A stretch of 64,000 bases of DNA, taken from contig JBEKDT010000006.1 in assembly GCA_050014195.1 (NCBI GenBank), forward strand, positions 32,001 to 96,000. Direction: 5' to 3'. Below are positions 55,218-64,000 of this stretch, piece by piece. This DNA comes from Desulfomonilia bacterium. GTDB lineage: Bacteria > Desulfobacterota > Desulfomonilia > UBA1062. The translations under genes were made by a program, and so were the position numbers. The stretch's first letter is position 1. Each line of letters begins with the position of its first letter. Under the pieces are notes generated by a model. That model did not search any database. It was not told where the DNA came from and saw only the letters and a program-made list of their open reading frames with translations.

Positions 55218-56192
55218 TCATGCCACCCGTATGCGAGGGTCTGCGATGCTGTAGGCGATGTCCGCAATGAGGTTGCCCATCAGGGTAAGCACTGCGCCGA
55301 TGGTGAGGCTGCCCATGATCATGTTGTAGTCTCTCATCATGATGGCCTCGTAAAAGAGCTTGCCCAGGCCGGGTATGGAGAAGATGCTCTCGAAGATGAC
55401 GCTGCCGCCGATGAGCCCGGGGATGGAGAGGCCTAAGATGGTGATGACAGGCAGCAAGGCGTTCCGCATGGCATGCTTGTAGATAACAGTTCGCTCAGGC
55501 AGGCCCTTGGCTCGGGCCGTGAGGATGTAGTCCTGCCTGATGATCTCCAGCATGCTGGAGCGCATATACCTGCTCATGCCCGCCAAAGACCCGAAGGCCG
55601 AGATGAAGACCGGCAGGAAGAGGTGCCGTGTGGTGTCAACCACCTTGCCCCAGAGCGGCAGGTTCAGGTATTCCGGCGAATGGATACCCGAGATGGGCAG
55701 CCAGCCGAGCCTCACGCCCAGAAGATCCATGCAGATGAGCGCCAGCCAGAAGCCCGGGATGGAAAAGCCGATGAACACGAATACCGTGATGACCCGGTCC
55801 AGTACACTGCCCCGGTTGAGCGCCGAGATGACACCAAGGGGAATGGCTGCCAGGAAGATGATGATCATGGAGGAGATGTTGATGTAGATGGTGATGGGTA
55901 GCCGCTCCTTGACCTTGTCCCACACGGGCCTGGCGTCCGATGAGATGGAGTTTCCGAAGTCGAGCAAAGCCAGGTTCTTCATCCACAGGAAGTACTGGGT
56001 GGTCAGAGGCTTGTCGAGCCCGTAATGCTTGTTCAGCTGCTCGATGGCCTGGGGCGTGATGTCGGGGTTCATCTGGGTCTGCAGGTCCGTGGGTGAGCCC
56101 GGCGCCAGATGGATCACCGCAAAGCACACGATCGTTATGCCGATGAAGGTGGGGATGAGAATGGCAAGGCGCCTGATCAGATAGCCCGACAC
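55218..56192 (-). CDS. oppB: Peptide ABC transporter permease (OppB/DppB)
   Basis: 'YLIRR', 'YGLDKPL..QY', '[11 protein letters not shown]', 'HAMRNALLP', 'DPRIR'. Confidence 0.93.
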   Translation of the reverse strand: MSGYLIRRLAILIPTFIGITIVCFAVIHLAPGSPTDLQTQMNPDITPQAIEQLNKHYGLDKPLTTQYFLWMKNLALLDFGNSISSDARPVWDKVKERLPITIYINISSMIIIFLAAIPLGVISALNRGSVLDRVITVFVFIGFSIPGFWLALICMDLLGVRLGWLPISGIHSPEYLNLPLWGKVVDTTRHLFLPVFISAFGSLAGMSRYMRSSMLEIIRQDYILTARAKGLPERTVIYKHAMRNALLPVITILGLSIPGLIGGSVIFESIFSIPGLGKLFYEAIMMRDYNMIMGSLTIGAVLTLMGNLIADIAYSIADPRIRVA

Positions 56193-56202
56193 GGCCCCTC
56201 CT

Positions 56203-57858
56203 TCACTGCAGGGCAGTATATTTTTGCATGCCCTTGGGCACATACCACTTCTCAATGTTGTAGGTAATGCCGGCAGGGGCCGGGACGATCCCCTTGATGC
56301 GGGAACTCACCGCCGGCAGGCTGTAGGGTACATAGAGGAAGATGTAAGGCTGCTGATCTGCAAGGATCTCCTGAAAGCGGTCGTAGCATTGCTTGCGCTT
56401 TGTCTTATCATAGGTCTGCCTGCCGTCTTCGAGCAGCTTGTCCACCTCCGGGTCCTTGTAATTTACGAAGTTGAGGCCGCCTTTAACAGCCTGGCTTGAA
56501 TGCCATACATTGTACAGGTCCGGGTCCTGGAGAATGTTCCAGCCCAGGATCACTGCGTCGAAGTTGCCCTTGTCCACATATTCCTTCAGGAACACGGTCC
56601 ACTCGATGATGCGGATCTTTACCCCGATGCCGACGGCCTTGAGCCGCTGCTGGATGATCTGGGCCGTCTTCTCGCGCAAGGGGTTGCCCTGGTTGGTGAT
56701 GATGGTGATGGCAAGGTCGTGTCCGTCCTTCTCCACATAGCCGTCGCCGTTTCTATCAAGATAACCCGCCTGCATGAGGAGCTCGCGGGCCTTGTCCGGG
56801 CTGTAAGGGTACTTCGTGACATTGGTGTTGAACCACGTGGTGCCGGGCTTGTAAGGGCCGGTGGTCGGCTCACCCAGGCCGTTGAGGACACCTGTGATGA
56901 TCTCGCCCCGATCGATGGCATACGATATGGCCTGGCGTACCAGCTTATCGTCAAAGGGCTTCTTCTTCAGATTGAAGCCCAGGTAGGTGTATCCGTCGGA
57001 AAGAAACTTGTACTTTGTAAACAACCTGTTGAATTCCGTTGTCTCGGTCTGGCGGAGGTACTGCAACGGGGTAAGCCCCATCATGTCGATGCTTCCCGCC
57101 TTGAGCTCCAGGAACTCGGTGTTCTGGTCCGGGATGATGCGGTAGTTGATGCCCGTGAGGTATGGCATGCCGTCGAAGTACTTTTCGTTGGCCTTGACCG
57201 TAACCTTCTGGCCTGTCTGCCAGCTCACGAAGCTGAACGGGCCGGTGCCCACAGGGGCGCGGGCAAAGGGAGTCTTGGTAATGTCCTGGTCTTTTAAGAT
57301 ATGCTCGGGCAGCATCTGCAGGGCCCCCCAGCTGATAAGCGCAGGGGCCAGGGGCTTGTCGTATTCCACCTCGAAGGTGTACTCGTCGATGATGCGTGCC
57401 TTTTTCACAAGCTTATACTTTTCGGCGTAGGCCGTGGGCGTCTTGGGGTCGATGATGAGCTTGTAGGTGAACATGACGTCCCTGGCGGTGAACTTCTGCC
57501 CGTCATGCCAGAGCACGTCGTTACGCAGGTGGAAGCGCAGGAGCTTGCCGTCGTTTTCGATATCCCACGATCTGGCCAGGTCGCCCACGATGTTATAGTC
57601 CTTGTCATACTTGACGAGCCCGTTGAAGAGAAAGCCCGCCACCTCATGTGAGGAGGCATCGGAGGCGAGCATGGGGATCAGCGTGCTGGCATCGCCTATG
57701 GACGAGAGCACGAGAACATCTCCGTAGGCGGGCGTGAAGTCAGCGGCGGCCGGCTTGCCGTTGTTTGCGGGGATAACTGCCTTGTGATTCTCCTGAGAGC
57801 ATGCTACTATCAAGAAACAAGCCAATACCAATGCACTATATCTTTGAAATGAGCTCAT
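56203..57858 (-). CDS. oppA: Peptide ABC transporter substrate-binding lipoprotein (family 5)
   Basis: Lipobox 'IVAC', 'LFNGLV', 'WHDG..FTARDV.FT', 'PVGTGPF', '[11 protein letters not shown]'. Confidence 0.92.
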   Translation of the reverse strand: MSSFQRYSALVLACFLIVACSQENHKAVIPANNGKPAAADFTPAYGDVLVLSSIGDASTLIPMLASDASSHEVAGFLFNGLVKYDKDYNIVGDLARSWDIENDGKLLRFHLRNDVLWHDGQKFTARDVMFTYKLIIDPKTPTAYAEKYKLVKKARIIDEYTFEVEYDKPLAPALISWGALQMLPEHILKDQDITKTPFARAPVGTGPFSFVSWQTGQKVTVKANEKYFDGMPYLTGINYRIIPDQNTEFLELKAGSIDMMGLTPLQYLRQTETTEFNRLFTKYKFLSDGYTYLGFNLKKKPFDDKLVRQAISYAIDRGEIITGVLNGLGEPTTGPYKPGTTWFNTNVTKYPYSPDKARELLMQAGYLDRNGDGYVEKDGHDLAITIITNQGNPLREKTAQIIQQRLKAVGIGVKIRIIEWTVFLKEYVDKGNFDAVILGWNILQDPDLYNVWHSSQAVKGGLNFVNYKDPEVDKLLEDGRQTYDKTKRKQCYDRFQEILADQQPYIFLYVPYSLPAVSSRIKGIVPAPAGITYNIEKWYVPKGMQKYTALQ

Positions 57859-57928
57859 ATACCCGCCACCATAGCAGAACAGATTCTCCTCGGCAAGACA
57901 CTGCGTTGAGGCAATTGAAGGAAGTCTT

Positions 57929-60900
57929 ATGAGATTCTTCTGCGATCTGCATATCCATTCCCGTTTTTCCAGGGCCACAAGTTCGAGCCTGACCATACCG
58001 GAACTCGGCAGGGCCGCTGTTCGTAAGGGCATAGCCGTGATCGGCACGGGAGACCTTACCCACCCTTCCTGGATAAAGGAGATGGAAGAGGAGCTTATCG
58101 AGGCCGAGCCGGGCTTGTACCGGCTCAAGAATGATCCGGCCCGGACACGCTTCATCCTGACCGGAGAGATCAGCACTATCTATAAGCAGGGCGATAAGGT
58201 CCGCAAGGTTCACCATGTCATCGGTGCGCCGGGTCTGGCCTCTGCAAAGAAGATAGGGGCCTCACTCGCAAAGGTCGGGAACATCCTCTCGGACGGAAGG
58301 CCCATCCTGGGGATCACATCGCGCAATCTGCTGGAGATAGTACTGGAGGCGAGCGCGGAGGCCTTTCTTATCCCGGCCCATATCTGGACCCCGTGGTTTT
58401 CGGCCCTCGGGTCGAAGTCCGGCTTCGACACCATCAAAGAGTGCTACCTCGACCTGGAACCCCATATCTTTGCCGTTGAGACAGGGCTGTCCTCCGACCC
58501 GCCCATGAACTGGATGGTCAGCAGCCTGGACCGCTATCACCTCGTCTCCAACTCGGATGCCCATTCGGCGGAAAAGCTGGGGCGTGAGGCAACGGTCTTT
58601 GATACCGGTCTGGACTATTATGCCATCCGTAAGGCCATGGCCACCGGTGACGGGCTGCTGGGCACCGTGGAGTTCTTCCCCGAAGAGGGCAAGTACCACC
58701 TGGACGGCCACCGGGACTGCTCCGTGGTGATCATGCCGGAAGAGACAAGAAGATATAAAGGGATCTGCCCGAAATGCGGCAAACCGCTCACCGTGGGTGT
58801 GTTGAACCGTGTGGAGGGGCTTGCCGACCGATCTGAAGGCGAGAAGCCGCAAAGTGCCAGGCCGTTCTATTCACTCATCCCGCTGGCTGAAATCCTCTCG
58901 GAGATCATGCAGGTCTCTAGCCCCACCAAGAAGGTGATGGCCGCGTCTGAAAGGCTTACGGAACGGCTCGGCGGCGAGTTGCCCCTGCTCATCGATATGG
59001 ATCTGGAAGAGATCAGATCCGCGGCGGGAGAAACTTTGGCCCTTGCCATCAAGCGCATGAGGGCAGGGGACGTGCACAAGGAGGCAGGGTACGACGGCAA
59101 GTTCGGCCGTGTACGGGTCTTTAGAGACAATGAGCAGGATATGCTCTTTGCCAAAGACTTTGCCGGTACCCCGGTGAGGAAGAAGAGGGCGGGGTCCGGG
59201 AAGAAAGATGCCCGACCTATCCTTGAAAAGGATCCGATACGGCTTGGTGTAGAACAGCAGGAGGCGGTTGAGTGGTCTACAGGGCCTCTTGCAGTCATAG
59301 CCGGTCCGGGCACGGGCAAGACGCGCGTCCTGGTGGAGCGGATCAGGCGGCTTTTGCAAAGGGGCGAAACCTCGATCCTGGCCGTTACCTTCACCAACCG
59401 CGCTGCAAGGGAGATTACGGACCGGCTCGGTTTGAGTGATTGTGGGAACAAGCCGGAGTCATACTGCGGCGGAACAACAATAACTGCCCCCTCACCCCCC
59501 CCTCTCCCCCTGGCAGGGGGAGAGGGCCAGGGAGAGGGGGTCGAAGTCTTCACCTTCCACTCCCTGGCGGCGCGCATCATGCACGAGGCAGGAATGAACT
59601 TCGAGATTGCCGATGAGTCCGTGCTGGAAAAGTTTGCTGCGCCTGCCATTGAAAAAGATGTAAAGAAATGGGCCCAGGACCTCATCTTCCGGCAGAGCAC
59701 GGTCAAAGAACTGGAAAGGGAGCAGGTAGCGCTTCTTGAGATCATGAAGTCACAAGGTTTCTTTACCTATGAAGGGCTCATCGCAGAGGCCACGCGGCTC
59801 GTTTCATCCGGGGTATGCACGAAGAGCTGGCAACATGTCATGGTGGACGAGTTCCAGGATATCAACCCCGTGCAGTACACCTTTCTCAATGCCTTGAGTA
59901 AAGGTGTTCGGAGCATCATGGTCATCGGCGATCCGAATCAGGCCATCTATGGATTCCGCGGGAGCAGCAAGGCGTCCTTTCATGACTTTATGCATGATAA
60001 TACCGGCTGTACACAGATACACCTGAGCACCACCCACCGCTTGAGCACCCAGATCGCAGAGGCATCCAATGCCTTTATCGGGAGTCAAGCCGTAAAAAGC
60101 CCCCGGGAGGGATCACCCATAAGGATCGTGCGGACCGATAAGCCGTATGACTTCCTTGCGCAGGAGATTGAGGCCCTTGCCGGAGGACTTACCCATTTAC
60201 GGGTGAAAAAGGCACATGGTGAATATGCCTTGAGCGACATCGCGGTGATCGTACGTACCCGGAACCAGGCATCACCTGTTATGGAGGCCCTTGCACGGGC
60301 ATCCATTCCCTATGATACCGCCTATGCCAGGCCGCTTTTTGAGATGAAAGGCATCAGGGAACGTGGAGAGCTGCTTATGGATAAAGGATGGGAGCATTCG
60401 GTAATCGGGGTGGGGGAGCGGGCCCTGGAATATATTGCATCAGGCATTGACCCCGCAGACGGGGCGGGGGAGAAGATCGCCGAGGCTTCAGGTTTTCTCA
60501 AAGGGTTGACCGGCGATGTACCGGGTAGAATCATGAAGATAGAGGAATCGGGGCTTTTCAAGCTGCCTCCTCTGGAAGCGGATAACCCTTTCTATCACTA
60601 TGCCCGTTTGTTTGCGGATGATATGGATGGATTCGTGGAGTACCTGAGGCTCAGCAATGACCAGGGTGCCTTAAGTACCGAGAAGGTCCATGTAATTACC
60701 GCACATGCGGCCAAGGGGCTCGAATTCAGTTGTGTCTTCATGGCGGGGCTCATCCGTGGGGTATTCCCGCTTGATAAGTCTTCTCTTGAGGAGGAGCAGA
60801 ACTTATTCTATGTAGCTATGACCAGGGCAAAAGAAATGCTCTATCTTGTATGTCCTCTTCAATCCGGATCGGAGTTCATGGACCGTATCCCTGTCCTGTA

Positions 60901-60964
60901 TATATCCGAGACGGAAGTGAGGCCCAAAAAACGAAAGCCCGGGCAGATGGTCTTGTTTGATTGA
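57929..60964 (+). CDS. PHP/EndoQ-like (TIGR00375) nuclease fused to a compact UvrD/PcrA-type helicase
   Basis: N-terminal 'DLHIHSRFSRATS', 'GTGD.THP', 'PAHIWTPW', 'SNSDAHS', 'GKYH.DGHR.C', 'CPKCG'. C-terminal 'AGPGTGKT', 'TFTNRAA', 'VDEFQD', 'GDPNQAIYGFRG', 'HAAKGLEF', 'FYVAMTRA'. Confidence 0.92.
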   Translation: MRFFCDLHIHSRFSRATSSSLTIPELGRAAVRKGIAVIGTGDLTHPSWIKEMEEELIEAEPGLYRLKNDPARTRFILTGEISTIYKQGDKVRKVHHVIGAPGLASAKKIGASLAKVGNILSDGRPILGITSRNLLEIVLEASAEAFLIPAHIWTPWFSALGSKSGFDTIKECYLDLEPHIFAVETGLSSDPPMNWMVSSLDRYHLVSNSDAHSAEKLGREATVFDTGLDYYAIRKAMATGDGLLGTVEFFPEEGKYHLDGHRDCSVVIMPEETRRYKGICPKCGKPLTVGVLNRVEGLADRSEGEKPQSARPFYSLIPLAEILSEIMQVSSPTKKVMAASERLTERLGGELPLLIDMDLEEIRSAAGETLALAIKRMRAGDVHKEAGYDGKFGRVRVFRDNEQDMLFAKDFAGTPVRKKRAGSGKKDARPILEKDPIRLGVEQQEAVEWSTGPLAVIAGPGTGKTRVLVERIRRLLQRGETSILAVTFTNRAAREITDRLGLSDCGNKPESYCGGTTITAPSPPPLPLAGGEGQGEGVEVFTFHSLAARIMHEAGMNFEIADESVLEKFAAPAIEKDVKKWAQDLIFRQSTVKELEREQVALLEIMKSQGFFTYEGLIAEATRLVSSGVCTKSWQHVMVDEFQDINPVQYTFLNALSKGVRSIMVIGDPNQAIYGFRGSSKASFHDFMHDNTGCTQIHLSTTHRLSTQIAEASNAFIGSQAVKSPREGSPIRIVRTDKPYDFLAQEIEALAGGLTHLRVKKAHGEYALSDIAVIVRTRNQASPVMEALARASIPYDTAYARPLFEMKGIRERGELLMDKGWEHSVIGVGERALEYIASGIDPADGAGEKIAEASGFLKGLTGDVPGRIMKIEESGLFKLPPLEADNPFYHYARLFADDMDGFVEYLRLSNDQGALSTEKVHVITAHAAKGLEFSCVFMAGLIRGVFPLDKSSLEEEQNLFYVAMTRAKEMLYLVCPLQSGSEFMDRIPVLYISETEVRPKKRKPGQMVLFD
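59487..59540. repeat. CCCTCTCCC-type palindrome inserted in frame in the helicase gene
   Basis: CCCCTCACCC...CCCTCTCCCCCT-GGC-AGGGGGAGAGGG-CCAGGGAGAGGGG; same family as 48578-48772. Confidence 0.85.
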
Positions 60965-60987
60965 GAATAAGGGGGTAGTTTTTTACT

Positions 60988-62238
60988 ATGATCACCGGAG
61001 CAGACGAGGTCACATACACCATTCTCCTCATCGTTCTCATCATCATTTCCGCCTTTTTTTCGAGCAGCGAAACCGCCTACATGAGGGTGAACAGATACCG
61101 GATCAAGAGACTTGCCGATGAGGGCAACTCCCGTGCAAAGCGGGTCGAGCACATTCTCAAGGAGCCCGGAAGGCTCATAAGCGTCATCCTGCTGGGAAAC
61201 AACTTTGTCAACATCCTCGCATCCGCTATCGCCACGGCGCTGTTCATCTCCCTATTCGGGGAGCGGGGCATTCTCTATGCAACGATCGCCATGACCGCTA
61301 CACTTCTCATCTTCGGAGATATCATCCCCAAGACCATTGCAGCTTACAGGCCGTCTGCAATTACCCTGTTTTTCTCAGGCTTCATCAAACTCATTGTCAC
61401 TGCCTTGAATCCCCTCGCACAGGTCCTCACGGCAGCCTCCAAGGGATTTCTTTCGCTGTTCGGATTTAAGATGGGAAAGATTGAAGATCTTACCGAGGAG
61501 GACGTGGGCTCTGTCATCTCAATGGGACATAAGGAGGGCTTCATCCCCGAGGCAAAGGCCAAGATGCTCGTCGGCATCATGGACATGGACGCAATCCCGG
61601 TTCGCAAGGTGATGCTCCCGCTTAATGAGATGGTATTCATCTCGGTCAACAGCGCCTTCGACGACGTAGTGCGGACGGTCACGACGAGGAACCACAGCAG
61701 GTACCCGGTGTACAAGGACAAGAAGGACAATATCGTGGGGTATCTGCATATCAAGGACATATGGCCGTTCATCAAGAAAAGGTCCGAGTTTGTTGTTAAG
61801 GATACCATGAGGGAGGCCCATTTCGTGCCTGAGACCAAGTCCATCTTAACGCAGCTCATCGACTTTCAGAACATGCACCTGCATATGGCCTTTGTCGTAG
61901 ATGAATACGGCACGGTAAAAGGGGGGATCACCCTTGAGGATATCATCGAGGAGATTACAGGAGACATAGCCGATGAGCATGACATCATCCGTCCGCCGCT
62001 TGTGCCGGTTAGCGGAAAAAGCTTCATCGTTACCGGCAGCATGAGCCTCTTAGACCTGGAGCGTTCTATCGGGCATGAGTTCCCCAGCGATTATGACACC
62101 CTGTCGGGCCTCATCTATGCACGGCTCGACCGCATCCCCGAGGAGGGTGATACCGTTATGTATGAAGACATGCAGCTCAAGATCGAGCGTATGCGCGGCA
62201 ATCGCATCGTCAGGGTGAGGGTGACGATGAAGGAGTAG
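60988..62238 (+). CDS. CNNM/HlyC/CorC family transporter (DUF21-CBS-CorC)
   Basis: 'SAFFSSSETA', 'ILLGNN.VNI', 'HSRYPVY', 'VVDEYG...G.ITLEDIIEEI.G.I.DE'. Confidence 0.93.
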   Translation: MITGADEVTYTILLIVLIIISAFFSSSETAYMRVNRYRIKRLADEGNSRAKRVEHILKEPGRLISVILLGNNFVNILASAIATALFISLFGERGILYATIAMTATLLIFGDIIPKTIAAYRPSAITLFFSGFIKLIVTALNPLAQVLTAASKGFLSLFGFKMGKIEDLTEEDVGSVISMGHKEGFIPEAKAKMLVGIMDMDAIPVRKVMLPLNEMVFISVNSAFDDVVRTVTTRNHSRYPVYKDKKDNIVGYLHIKDIWPFIKKRSEFVVKDTMREAHFVPETKSILTQLIDFQNMHLHMAFVVDEYGTVKGGITLEDIIEEITGDIADEHDIIRPPLVPVSGKSFIVTGSMSLLDLERSIGHEFPSDYDTLSGLIYARLDRIPEEGDTVMYEDMQLKIERMRGNRIVRVRVTMKE

Positions 62239-62310
62239 ACCAGACTTTGATATGAAGTGTAACCACTCAAACCTGATCTATGAAAGAAGGCATTTTTTTG
62301 ATGGCATTGT

Positions 62311-62856
62311 TTATTTGAGGGTTAATGGGAGACCGTTGTCATAATCTATATCTATATAATGATCACAGAACTCTTTCAAATTCGATAAATTCTTTTCCTC
62401 AAAATGCCGTTTAACGACAGAGGTTGAGCCGAGGATCTCCACTTCAATTTTTTTTGCATGTGCGAGGTGCCTGATAAAATCAGGATCGATATCGTGGTAG
62501 TAGGCCTTCTCCTCCACAAGTCCGACTGATAGAATGTTCCGATAACTCTCAGATCCCCTTCCGGATATTTCATAGTGTTGTCCGTCGACGACAAGGACAA
62601 GAGATTTTCCCGGGTTAATGTTGATAAAGAATGGACCTGCGTATACCACGAAAAGTGAATATGAAATTTGACCTTTCTTTTCAAATTTCTGGGCATCCAG
62701 CTCAGTTAAACAGATACCCCCCGATAATCTATTCCCCCTCATCCTAACTAAGTGAGCAGTTGTATCTTTATCATTAAAAATAGAATAAAAAGTGTTGTGC
62801 TCACATCCTGTTATAAGAAAGAGAGTTATAAGAATACACAAAATTATCTTTTTCAT
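62311..62856 (-). CDS. Putative lipoprotein (AT-rich)
   Basis: Signal peptide with lipobox 'ITGC'; AGGAG RBS. Confidence 0.72.
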   Translation of the reverse strand: MKKIILCILITLFLITGCEHNTFYSIFNDKDTTAHLVRMRGNRLSGGICLTELDAQKFEKKGQISYSLFVVYAGPFFININPGKSLVLVVDGQHYEISGRGSESYRNILSVGLVEEKAYYHDIDPDFIRHLAHAKKIEVEILGSTSVVKRHFEEKNLSNLKEFCDHYIDIDYDNGLPLTLK

Positions 62857-63289
62857 TCAATAAAATAGTTCTCCTAAAGACCTTTGAAGAACTACACTTT
62901 TGGCTACCAGATCATTTTGGTATAATTACTCTGATCCGATAAACGATACAGTCCCTCATTCATTTTATGATGCAATACCTCCTTTCCTTGGGCTTCAAAT
63001 GTGTGGGAATTCCTTGATTTGCTCCTCCTCACTTGTCAGTCTCATAATGCACAACTCTCCTTATTGGCCACCCTGTGGGTGGGGGATCAGAAGAGTTTCA
63101 ATTTTAATAATTATTACATAACATATTTATTATTGTTACAATTACTATATAACGTATATAGTAACGAAAGTCAAGTAATCTACTATATAAAGTAGATAGA
63201 ATCCGTATTTTTTCATCAAAAGAGATCCAGCCTCCAAAGAGACTCAGAAATGAAGGAATGGAAGAGTGTTCTTGACCGAGCGCCGGGGG

Positions 63290-63979
63290 CTAAGGCCTCG
63301 GGCCTTTCTTTTCCAGCAATAGTGTTGCATCAGAGGCCCTGACATAAATGGGCAGAACATCTATGGGTATGCTTCTCTGCGGCATTTCACAGGCCAGAAG
63401 GCCGAGCACCGAGGCGTGCGGGTGCCAGAGATGGGCAGGCCCTTCGTGATATCTCTCGGCCAATACATCCTTAAGCACGTCCCGGTAGAGGCCGCACCCG
63501 TTTCCTATGAACAGGGTGTCTTCTTCAACCAGGGTTGCGATCGCATCAGGCCTCAGATTCATAAAATTGGTGATCCTTGCGCCATCCCCGGCATACAGCG
63601 CGCAGAAGACCTCTCCCTTCTTGGCATCGAGGATGGGCATGACGGGCAAGGGTGAGGGTTGGGCCGCTCTGGCAATGGTATCAAGGGTGGATATGCCTAT
63701 AATCGGACAGTGAAGCGCTTCGGCAAGTCCTTTTGCAGTCGCGAGCCCGATCCTGATGCCTGTGAACGAGCCGGGGCCTGTTCCCACTGCTATGAGCCCG
63801 AGCTCATCCCTTTTGGTCCCGCCCTTTGACAACACCTCATCGATTACCGGCAGGATCATTCCTGCATGCCCTGTCTTGACCATGAGGTTGATCTCGCAGA
63901 TGGTCTCGCCGGACCTCGTGAGCGCAACGGACATCCGGCTCGTGGATGTGTCCAGGGCAAGGACCTTCATGGAGGTCAT
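63290..63979 (-). CDS. tsaB: tRNA threonylcarbamoyladenosine biosynthesis protein TsaB
   Basis: 'LALDTST', 'GPGSFTGIRIG...AKGL', 'DAKKGEV', 'PIYVR.SDA'. Confidence 0.95.
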   Translation of the reverse strand: MTSMKVLALDTSTSRMSVALTRSGETICEINLMVKTGHAGMILPVIDEVLSKGGTKRDELGLIAVGTGPGSFTGIRIGLATAKGLAEALHCPIIGISTLDTIARAAQPSPLPVMPILDAKKGEVFCALYAGDGARITNFMNLRPDAIATLVEEDTLFIGNGCGLYRDVLKDVLAERYHEGPAHLWHPHASVLGLLACEMPQRSIPIDVLPIYVRASDATLLLEKKGPRP

Positions 63980-64000
63980 CCTTTGAATATGCGTGTAATG

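Noticed and set aside
57859-58176. N-terminal extension of oppA in the ORF track
   Set aside because: It overlaps the divergent EndoQ-UvrD gene; the lipoprotein signal starts at 57858.
1-64000. CRISPR array, tRNA, rRNA, prophage or intact transposase
   Set aside because: No regularly spaced direct repeats, cloverleaf or rRNA signatures, or phage/transposase ORFs were seen by eye; tRNAscan-SE and CRISPR finders would confirm.
1-64000. Numerous long antisense and alternate-frame ORFs (e.g. 9625-10410, 49670-50488, 56500-57297, 58867-59745)
   Set aside because: They are shadows of well-supported genes with GC-rich third positions and have no motifs or RBS.

Overview
A 64 kb chromosomal window from a bacterium. 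Gene content, gene order and codon style suggest an anaerobic Deltaproteobacterium (Desulfobacterota-like); this is an inference. From 5' to 3' it contains: a GGDEF-HAD-MFS operon; a repeat-rich intergenic region; a sigma54-driven flagellar cluster (fliK flgD flgE | motA motB motB fliL fliM fliN fliO fliP fliQ fliR); mutS; a T2SSE_N-FlhG/MinD fusion; ppiD; an NlpC/P60 hydrolase; a c-di-AMP (ydaO) riboswitch ahead of a small hydrophobic ORF and a KimA/YdaO-type K+ transporter; a long accessory block of acyl-CoA, hydrolase and redox genes, including a MarR module and a Cys-type PrdB/GrdB-like protein; a PAS kinase/NarL pair; an AT-rich ParA + HeH-protein two-gene insert; oppABC-like genes; an EndoQ(PHP)-UvrD fusion; a CNNM/CorC gene; and tsaB. 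I saw no rRNA, tRNA, CRISPR array or intact transposase. Most notable observations: a tandem MotB pair in which one copy lacks the essential transmembrane Asp; a hidden sigma28-like regulon; two unannotated microproteins; a possible vestigial SECIS after a Sec-to-Cys change; a palindromic repeat inserted in frame in the helicase; and the orphan ParA-HeH cassette. All calls were made by eye from motifs, with no database searches.
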